This document shows, in pieces, positions 1-10,400 of a DNA stretch of 64,000 nucleotides. The notes beneath the pieces were generated by a model. The model ran no database searches. It was given only the letters and a program-made list of their open reading frames with translations, and had not been told where the DNA came from. The stretch covers positions 20,770,001 through 20,834,000 of the forward strand of contig NC_047067.1 in NCBI RefSeq assembly GCF_902459465.1, written 5' to 3'. Source of the DNA: Asterias rubens. Lineage: Eukaryota. Both the position numbers and the translations under genes were made by a program. Every line of letters begins with the position of its first letter. The first letter of the stretch is position 1.

Positions 1-845
1 TTCATACCCAATTAATAATTGTGTAATTTCATTATTCACTTTAGATTTGATGAGCTGAGTGGATTTGATACAGCACGATAGGTAAAGGCAGGGGTAAAGG
101 TCAGCAAGGTCAGAGTTCAACACAGATCAACTTAAATGATGCCTACTCCTGGGATGCAACGGTGAAGGAACACAGCAGTAAGACGGACAAGTGGGTGGTG
201 ATTGAGAATTGGGTTTATGACGTCTCAAAGTGGGTGACTAGACACCCAGGAGGGTTCAAGGTTTTGTCCCACTATGCTGGGGAGGATGCATCGGTGAGTT
301 TCTTAGGGTGTTAGTGAAGAGGGACAAGTGAGTGGTGATTGAGAATGGGGTATATGATGTCTCAAAGTGGGTGACTAGACACCCAGGAGGGTTCATGGTT
401 CTGTCTCACTATGCTGGGGAGGATGAATGGTGAGTTTCTTAGGGTGTTATGGCTGGCTGTCAAAGGTTCCTAAGCTTGCATGCGTGCTTCTCAAACTTTG
501 CAATTCAGCTCTTAGCTGTGAGTAAGGTTGATAAGCCTCCCAAATTATTAATTATTATTATTTTAATTATTGTCTGGTTGATTGATAGATTGTATTCCCC
601 CACAACCTTGCAGGTTTCTTGAGAGTCATTGGTTCGTGTGGGTGACCCAGATGAACCATATACCCATGGAGGTAGACAATGATACTCATAAAGACTGGCC
701 CTCTGCAACTACACGCCACCTGCAACGTCGAACCCTCTGTTTTCAACGATTGGTTCACCGGACATCTCAACTTCCAGATTGAGCACCAGTAAGATATAAA
801 ACCTAAGAGACGATCTTGTTTCTTTTCCATTGCAAATCAGTGATT

Positions 846-1005
846 CTTTTCGAATCCACGACCTCGGCTCCAGATTCTGCTCAGGCTAGCTTGGCCCTGC
901 GGTTGTTTTGACAACTGCGCATGCTTTGCGTTTGTGCTCAGGGCTTCAGACGAGAGGAAGGAGCCTGAAGCCGAATCCAAAGCCGAAGCCAAAACTTTGA
1001 AAGGG
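846..1005. mobile_element. Degenerate MITE-like element in a FADS intron
   Basis: Imperfect terminal inverted repeats: TTTCGAATCCACGACCTCGGCTCCAGATTC at the left and GAATCCAAAGCCGAAGCCAAAACTTTGAAA at the right; GC-richer than the flanks. Confidence 0.4.
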
Positions 1006-1469
1006 CCAGTGAGGCTGGAAGGCTGGAAGGAAAAATAGTCTGGCAACTTTTGGTGAAACGAGAATTAGAACGTTTTTTGTCATTCAGTATTCTTGGAGTC
1101 TGACAAGAGATTGCGAATACACTGGGGCAAAGCCCCTCTTTGAACGATCAGTGTAGACGGTTCTTTATGTTACAAACACACAACACTTGGAAACGTCAGC
1201 TTTACATGTCATCAGAATGCCAAACATTTGAAGGGCATTTCTGTTGTAATAACACTTTATTTTGTCTCTTGTTGGTTTCAGTCTGTTCCCGACCATGCCC
1301 AGACACAACTACGCAAAGATAGCACCCCATGTCAAGTCCTTGTGTATTAAACACGGTCTTAGTTACCAGACTAAGACATTACTCGGAGCCTTTGCTGATA
1401 TTGTGTGGTGAGTTCCTCAACTTGGTCAGGTTCCCTGAAGGCCTGAAGTCAGGAATACATTGTTAAAAT

Positions 1470-1670
1470 GTTTGGTACCTGTGAGGGTAGAGGTTGATAT
1501 TGTATACGAAAAGGTCTTTGAAGTGCCACGGCAGCTCGGGCTGTTTAATCCCCAGGGAGTTGAAAAAGATAAGAGCAATGTTTTTGGCACAATGACAAGG
1601 GTGCTTATGTAAAGCTCATCGATACGTTATTGTAAAAATGGGCTATATAAGTAGTAGTTATTATTATTAT
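1470..1670 (+). mobile_element. Probable SINE 3' portion with (TTA)n tail
   Basis: GC-richer block ending GGCTATATAAGTAGTAGTTATTATTATTAT, typical of a retroposon tail. Family assignment is inference. Confidence 0.4.
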
Positions 1671-3499
1671 AAACCACCACTATATACCTATACCATACTA
1701 GATGTTGACGAAATATAGGCCTGCACTTGCAATACACCTTGTCAAACTATTCTACCACGACAGTGATTTGGAACACTCTTTTACAAGTACATTTTGTGTT
1801 GAGCACTCGCACAGTAGGAGAAAGTTGTGAAAATCATTTTAGAAGGACATTCAATTTTTCTTTACCTTTATATTTAATTAACTTGTTTTGTGTTTTTAAT
1901 TGCAGGTCTCTCAAGAATTCTGGTCAGCTTTGGTTTGACGCTTACCACCACACCTAGATAAGTTTGTGGGAGTAGAATGTTGCTAAAAACGACTTGTCCG
2001 CAATTAAAATTGTTTGGGTCTAATAATTTTGTGGGTAGGTCTAAAGAAGTAACTGCAAATCGAAATTCAGTTTTTATGCAAAATATGCTGAGAAGTTGTT
2101 ACTGTGTACCCTGGTCACATTTTTTAAATATTAAATTAATTAAACAAATGTTTATGCCTAAGGTATGCAGAGAACATTTTAAGCAATCGATCAACTGCAA
2201 TTTTCTTAGGTTAGAAATTATGTAACATTTCCGTTCCATGTGAAATTTGTCTTTCACACTTAGCGTTGTAAATATTATGATTTGCCTTTTGAAATTCTCG
2301 ATCCTCAAATTATGCAGACATTAAATTATTATTTTATTGGAATTGGGAGAAATAAGTTATTCAATTTACATTCGCGCGAGCACCATTATATAGTTGGATT
2401 GTTTTTTTCGACTTCATTCTAGTAGGTTAGTTAGTGCAATAGAATAGTGGAAAACACTACACAAATTTTTGTGTGGCACAAAACGTGTATATTATTTAAT
2501 GTTAATTTGTTTACATTTGTTTTCTAAAATTGTTTTTGCCAAAAAAGGTTTTACAAAAAGAGCTTTTATATTGAGACTTTACATCAGTATCTTATGAAAT
2601 CTAAATCTGTGTGTATGACATAACTTAAATAAACATATTTTGCAGGACCCAAATGTCACAAAGACATTGCTTAAACATAAACGCCAATTGTATTTTGTTT
2701 GAAGTTGAGTTGGAAGTTAATTTGGAAAGTTTTGTAAGTTTTTGATAATAGTTAAGTGTCGTAATTAAAAAACTTACAAAAGCTTACGCAAACTGTCTTA
2801 TTGCAATTATTTGGACCAGTTATGTCTGTGAATGTTGTCCTTGTTTAAAAAAACAAACTGATTGATATGATCACTCCTTTGATGGGTGGTGTAATTACAT
2901 ACGCTCTATTAAAAAAAGGCATTTATGTAAGTCTTCACGAACAGATGGCCGCTCTGTGTTGTGAAGCTTTTGCACCAACAAAGTGCGAGGCTGCCCACCG
3001 GGCCTGCTGCCCCAGTCAACCATCGTATTTGCACACCCCATAGAATCTCAAATAGCAACCACATCACGTGATCTATCTATGTGACTAAGTGTGAAAGAAT
3101 TTATTTAAGTGTGAAAGAATTTATTTTAGCAGATGATAATTTAGTTTTAAAATTTAGAGGTTGGATGATGTTTCTTTGACTTATTTTGTTGGCATAATAA
3201 TCATAATAGTGCACTAGTGATATACCAAAAGTATGTTCAAGCATAACCATAACCTACGACAGGAAACTTTATTCTCAGCATGATTAATTATAATTATTAT
3301 AAGGGTCGATAACATACGACCCTGCGATACAACAGTGGGCGCTTTCCTAAATATAGACTAGTCTTGGCCCAAGACGTCAATTATCGGTACCGTATAGTGT
3401 ATTATGTACCACGCCTCGTATTAATTGATCTCCGGACCTTGGGTCAAGACTAGTCCCACCTCCCTGCCGTCTGCGTAGTGGTTGAGTTGACGGCACACA

Positions 3500-3644
3500 A
3501 GTGAGTTGACGGAAGAGGGCGCTATTTATCAAGACCGTTAAATTTTCACACGTGTTTGATTGAGGAACGTTTGTTGCAAAAGAGTGGACTTGTTTACCTT
3601 CCTCCATGTTTTTGTTTTTACTAACTATTGTCATCTAATAATTA
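3500..3644 (+). promoter_or_regulatory. AAMP: Probable AAMP promoter and non-coding first exon
   Basis: CpG-containing segment with AGAGGGCGC at 3514-3522, a strong donor ATTAA|GTAAGT at ~3645, and an acceptor TTGCAG at ~4354 upstream of the ATG at 4473. Confidence 0.45.
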
Positions 3645-4472
3645 AGTAAGTGATAGTTTACTGGAGTTGTTTGTTTTATTAGTAAATCAGGCCAAGTTAC
3701 CGTAACTTTCAACAAGGTCAGAGAGAGAGACTGTTTGTTACGGACACGATAGTTTGCCCAGATTACGGACGCCAGTGTTGACTGAAGATTATCTCTTTCT
3801 GTTCTAATTATTGACTGTACTGTGCAGAAACCTCCGAGGCTCTGGAGACTTGCACATTAGATAAATTATGTAACAATGTTATTGTTTTATCCATATATGT
3901 CCAGACCTGATATTTCACACGGAGGACCGTAATAAATAAGGCGATTGCCGGCCTCCGCACCGTCATGATGTCCCCGCCGTTGCCCAAAGGCCAATGCAAT
4001 TGTATTTTGGGCAAGACCATTGCCTTGCACAGTAACATAGTGGGTGCCCTGGAAAATGAAGTACTCCAGTAGAAATTTACAATTATCTCATGTATAGTCA
4101 TACTCAGACTCAGTCATCATACTTAGGGTGCCCTTTTTAGACCCAGTAACTGGGGCGCTATTCTCTAACTCATAACTGGATAAGTAACTCAGGATCTAGC
4201 GGCGGGGACCTGTCTTTATCCTAGCAGAGAAAGACAGTGGCCCAGTCCAACTTAGCCACAACAATGTCAATACCAGAATGTCAAAATTGCTGTGGTGACC
4301 TAGAAAATAACGATTAGGAAAGACTAAGTTTATATTATATATTTGCACATTGCAGTTCTTCTTGCACACGACAGCCCAGTGCTAGGTAGGTCAGCATCCA
4401 AGACCGGCACAGTTCTTTTGATAAAATATAAGTTCTCTTGAGCGATTGCCCTAGAAACAATCTCATCTGACC

Positions 4473-7400
4473 ATGGATCCTGACGGTGACTCCGACAGTT
4501 GCTTTGAAGAGGCAGATGAACAAGACATGGCAGAGGTCGTTGACCTGAACGAGATGGAGGGAGGAGGTATGGTTCATTTCTTATCATTTGCTCCAAAGTT
4601 TCCTCTCCTTAATTTGCATCCACCAGGTTCACACTTCCCCACAGATTCCATATATAAATGTACATTGAATCGAATTGAATTAAAAAAATATATTGGATGA
4701 TGTGAATATTCAGTTATTAGGAGGGTTGATTAGGTACTACTACTTTGGAGGTGCTTTCCCCACTTGATAACATATTGCAGGTTGACATTAGAGAAAGCAT
4801 AATAACCTGATATTTCCTCCTGCAGAATACATCATTGATGACTTGGGAGAGGAGATGGGATCGGAAGCAGATAATGCATCTGTCTTATATTAAACAATAA
4901 CATTAGAGAAAGCATAATGACCTGATATTTCCTCCTGCAGAATACATCATTGATGACTTGGCAGAGGAGATGGGATCGGAAGCAGATAATGAAGAAGAAG
5001 AAGAAGAAGATCTTGGGATGGATGAACCAACCATTGAAGACGATGCGGACTTCTGCTATGAGAAACACACAGGTACAGAGTGGTTAAGAAATATCAGGGC
5101 ACCACCTTAACACAATGGCCCAGCCCATCAAACATATTCTTGTAAAAACTGCTACGGGCTAGTAAACACCACTTCTCAACTTGCCATATGGGCAAGGGCT
5201 ACTAAAACATGTACAACCTAATACCTTTTTTAAGTTGTTCATTTTATTGTTCATTGTTTGAGTGTAACAATGCATCAGAAAGGTACATTCATTACAATAC
5301 ATGTTTAAATCAGGGCTAGTAAAACTTCCTGGGGGCAAGTAAAACCCAGAGTTTATTAGGGACGGTTGGCTACTTTTACCGGTTGTTTTAAGTTGTGCAT
5401 TTAATAGTGTTCTCTGTGTTTTGTTGTTCAATTATTAGGTTCTGTCTTTTGCTGTGATCTTGAACCAACCAAGGCATCTCTCGCTGTTACTGGAAGTGAG
5501 GATGACAAAGCGTATGTCTGGAAGGTGGGAGACGGGGAACCAGTGTTGGAGTGCTCAGGTACCTGACTACCGATGTTTTAGTTCTAGGTTGTAAACCATA
5601 CAAGGACATCTCAATATTACTTGTAACCTACTTTAAACAAAGCGAACTGAAACACACTGACAAAACATAAGCTCTCTGTTGTTCTTTTCACAAAAACATG
5701 ATCATCTGATTTATTTTGATTTTACAGGTTGTTTGCATGGTGTATTTTTGTTTTAAAATTAAAGCAGGCCTGATACTTGCCTCTATGCCCCCTGGTCATT
5801 GCCTTGGTGCCCTTGAGTTGCTCTAGTAAAAATTCACAATTTCCTTTGACCAAGGAGAAGATGCCCTTGTACTTTCAAAAATGAAGCAGACAGGCCTACT
5901 AAAAATTGACTCTGAACATCAATGTTGAAGTTCAAATTTAATGGAGGATGGCACTTGTTTACTTGAATGCAGGACACAAGGACTCAGTAACATGTGTTGG
6001 ATTCAGTCACGATGGAGCTTTGGTAGTAACTGGTGATATGAGTGGTCTCATCAAGGTTTGGAGTATAGAAACACAAGAAGAGGTCTGGTCATTTGAGTGC
6101 TCGGACTTAGAGGTAAGGAACTTGCTCTAGAGTTTAATGACTTGGCTGATTGTCTTTAAATGAATAAGGTATGTGGTGATACTAACAATCTCTTTTGTGA
6201 GGAGTGGTGGCTCTGAGAAGAGCCAATATGTTCTGCTCGACATTTCGGTCAGTGTGGTCTGACCGTCTTCTGGAGAAGAAGAGCACACTGAACGAATTGT
6301 CAAACAGAACCAACCGGCTCTTCTCCAAGCCTCCACTACTCACATAAGAGATCTTGTGCCACCGCAAGCCTAACTTACTTAGTATTTTTTCCACCATGCA
6401 TAGCCTAAAGTCTTATCTATACAGGATAGTTGGACTATACATGGATTGGCATAGTTTTATGACTCATCCTATTGTCTTTGTAATTTGATTGACAGTGGCT
6501 GACATGGCACCACAGCTCCCACGTTCTTCTTGGAGGTACGGCAGAGGGACAGGTGTGGATGTGGAAGGTACCAAGTGGGGAGTGTAAGACGATGCAGGGA
6601 CATGGATGCCAAACAACCTGTGGCAAAGTTCTTCCAGACGGTATGACATCGTTGCCCCTAAATCAGTAATTTTTTTATTTTTTTATTTGAACAATTAGTC
6701 CCTGAGATAGCTGCCCCTACATTAACTGTCATATCTTGTGGTCTAGTTGGTAAGACTAAGACACTGCTCTAGAATTGCAAAAGGTTCTTTCAGATGGTAT
6801 GCCATCATTGAATTGTATCACCATTACAAACAGTGAAAGACTTTAAAAACAAGCTTTTTCCTAAATGTGTACATTTTAGTAACCACTGTCTTTATGTCAA
6901 TGCATGTTTACTTGAGTACTTTTATATAAATCAATTTATTATATTTATTATTAAGAAGGCTTGTTCACTCATTTAAGAATTTTGCTTGTGCCTTACTTAC
7001 ATTTTCCTGCTAAAGTAGGCAAAAAAGTCTGCTCCCTGCTAAATAGTTAAGTGTGAAGTGAAAAGAAATATTGCATTGAGATGAAGTGAAGTTAAAAATA
7101 GCGATATTATTCTTGGTCTCCAACAGGAAAGAGATGCTGCGCTGGATATGATGATGGAACCGTCAAAATATGGGACTTGAAGGATTCAACATCGCTTAAC
7201 ACATTCAAAGGTAAACCCTCCTACTGTATGACCATTTAACATTGTCCACATGGTGCTGAGTTGTACATCAACTATGCCAGCCTGCAATATGATATCATGT
7301 TATGAATGCATCAGTACACAGTCAACCCTCGTACACTCTGACCATTCAATATCATTTACTGTAGTTGTGTATGATAGATGCACTATACCAGCCTGCAATA

Positions 7401-10400
7401 TGATGTCATATAATGAATATAGTACACAGTACACACTTAACTGTCTGACTATTCAATATCATCCACTGTATGATAGAATTGTATGATAGAAACATTATGC
7501 AAGCCTGCAATATACATGTAATATGTAATGAATGTACACAATAATAAAATAATAATAATAAGACTTGTAATGCGCACATATCCACCCTGCTGTGTGTTCA
7601 AGGCACAGTACACAGTCAACCCCTACTCTATGACCATTCAATATCATCCACTGTGATTTTGTATGATAGATGCACTATACCAGCCTGCAACATGATATGT
7701 GGTGAAGCGTCCGCTGAGTACACAGTCAACCCCCTACCCTCTGACCATTCAATATCATCCACTGTGATTTTGTATGATAGATGCACTATACCAGCCTGCA
7801 ACATGATATGTGGTGAAGCGTCTGCTGAGTTCACAGTCAACCCCCTACCCTCTGACCATTCAATATCATCCACTGTGATTTTGTATGATACATGTAGATG
7901 CACTATGCCAGCCTGCAATAAAATATGTGGTGAAAGCCAGAACTTCACATGATTGCCATATTCTTTGTATAATTCTTTGGATGGTTATTTCGTTCTCATT
8001 GTTTCTCCAAAGGCAACACTGGGCACAGTGATGGTGTAACGGCGTTGGATTGCCATAGCAACAACGTCGTGGTTCTAACTGGCTCTGTTGATGGCACAGC
8101 AAAGATTTTAAACAGCAACAATGCAAAGGTAAGCAGGACTCCTAAAAATTATTTGTTTATAAAGTTCATATCTGTAGCAGTTGTCCATGGCTGTATTTTT
8201 GTTTGAAATTTTTTTAAATGCGAGAAGATAGCTTTTGTTCAGCCCCAATTTTGCCATCATTGCATTTAATCTGGAGATGGGTAATTCAAACTGGGCATCA
8301 ACTTGTGACCAAACAATGCATTGTAACAGAAAATCATTCAAATTTAACTCCAAAATAGCTTTAGATTTATCACGGCTAGACACATGTTGTTTTTCTAATT
8401 CCATAATGTTGTATTCTTTATATGTCATCTAGGTGTTGGCTACTTTTTCAGCCGGGGCGATCAAGGAAAACATCGGGGACAGCAACTCAGTGGAATCTGT
8501 TGGTTTGTGTCAAAGGTCAGTCACTTTGCGGTCAAAGGTCACCAAATCCTTAATGATAGTCTTGCTGTAAGAGTTTCTTATGTTATTGTTAGTGATTAAA
8601 TTTGACCTATAGAGGGCGTTCACTAGAAGCCATGAACCAGTCAGTGAGAATTTTTTAACTTTACATCTTTGGTCTTTTTGGTTGTTACAGTCAATCTCTA
8701 GCTGCCGTAGGGTCACTTAATGGTTCACTTGGATTATGGGACGTACCTACACAGAAGATCAGACATCAATGCCAGCATGAGGTAAGAAGAGATTCGTCCT
8801 ACCCCTCAACTTCACCCCCCCCCCTCCATCCATCCAGTTCTGTTTTTATGGATTTTATTTCTGTCCATGTTCCTCAGGCTGTCTCTGAATTAGTGGCTGT
8901 GACTGTGACTTTGCTGCAGCTGCAGCTTTGTAGCCACAGCCAGGTTCAGCCAAAGCCATGGGATGAAGCAAAGGCCCCTAACAGAAACCACAGTTGCAAA
9001 TTTAAACATGCTAGCTGTGTAAACGAAGAATGCCTAGTAATGTGGAGGCCTAACGCGCACAAGCAAACATTTCTTGCTAACCTTTGAAATATGCTTGACA
9101 TACATGTATGCGCTGAATTCCCTGCCTCCTTAAGCGTTGATTCTTTGCTTACGGTAAGCAGATTCCCTGCCTCCTTAAGCGTTGATTCTTTGCTTACGGT
9201 AAGCAGATTCCCTGCCTGCTTAAGCGTTGATCCTTTGCTTACGGTATGATTCTTTGCTTATGAAATTGGGCCCACATGTGTTATACCTGGTGTACTGTAC
9301 AGTGTAGTGTACATTAAATGTTGTGAAATTTACATGCCATGGTTTGTTTGTTCAGTTTGCTGACTTAAATGGCAAGCATGGTAGACAGTAGTCTAGTGTG
9401 TGACTTTGGCACAAGGGTAAATTAGCTTCCCAAAATGGTGAACATGGTAGACAGTAGTCTAGTGTGTGACTTTGGCACAAGGGTAAATTAGCTTCCCAAA
9501 ATGGTGAACATGGTAGACAGTAGTCTAGTGTGTGACTTTGGCACAAGGGTAAATTAGCTTCCCAAAATGGTGAACATGGTAGACAGTAGTCTAGTGTGTG
9601 ACTTTGGCACAAGGGTAAGGGTAAATTAGCTTCCCAAAATGGTGAACATGGTAGACAGTAGTCTAGTGTGTGACTTTGGCACAAGGGTAAATTAGCTTCC
9701 CAAAATGGTGAACATGGTAGACAGTAGTCTAGTGTGTGACTTTGGCACAAGGGTAAATTAGCTTCCCAAAATGGTGAACATGGTAGACAGTAGTCTAGTG
9801 TGTGACTTTGGCACAAGGGTAAATTAGCTTCCCAAAATGGTGAACATGGTAGACAGTAGTCTAGTGTGTGACTTTGGCACAAGGGTAAGGGTAAATTAGC
9901 TTCCCAAAATGGTGAACATGGTAGACAGTAGTCTAGTGTGTGACTTTGGCACAAGGGTAAATTAGCTTCCCAAAATGGTGAACATGGTAGACAGTAGTCT
10001 AGTGTGTGACTTTGGCACAAGGGTAAGGGTAAACTAGCTTCCCAAAATGGTGAACATGGTAGACAGTAGTCTAGTGTGTGACTTTGGCACAAGGGTAAAT
10101 TAGCTTCCCAAAATGGTGAACATGGTAGACAGTAGTCTAGTGTGTGACTTTGGCACAAGGGTAAATTAGCTTCCCAAAATGGTGAACATGGTAGACAGTA
10201 GTCTAGTGTGTGACTTTGGCACAAGGGTAAACTAGCTTCCCAAAATGGTGAACATGGTAGACAGTAGTCTAGTGTGTGACTTTGGCACAAGGGTAAATTA
10301 GCTTCCCAAAATGGTGAACATGGTAGACAGTAGTCTAGTGTGTGACTTTGGCACAAGGGTAAACTAGCTTCCCAAAATGGTGAACATGGTAGACTAGTCT

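Larger units (their letters stand above)
78..1957 (+). pseudogene. Front-end fatty acyl desaturase (FADS1/2-like) pseudogene; exon remnants 78-293, 614-788, 1282-1407, 1906-1957
   Basis: 78-293 reads IGKGRG...YSWDATVKEHSSKTDKWVVIENWVYDVSKWVTRHPGGFKVLSHYAGEDAS (cytochrome b5 domain, HPGG). 614-788 reads [22 protein letters not shown]...[24 protein letters not shown](H). 1282-1407 reads [21 protein letters not shown]. 1906-1957 reads SLKNSGQLWFDAYHHT*. Junctions are GT-AG. ATA replaces the expected ATG of MGKG, there is an in-frame TGA upstream, a frameshift at ~704, and the central exons are absent. Confidence 0.85.

Noticed and set aside
7250-7952. ORFs on both strands (78-106 aa)
   Set aside because: Arise from the 111-bp intronic repeat.
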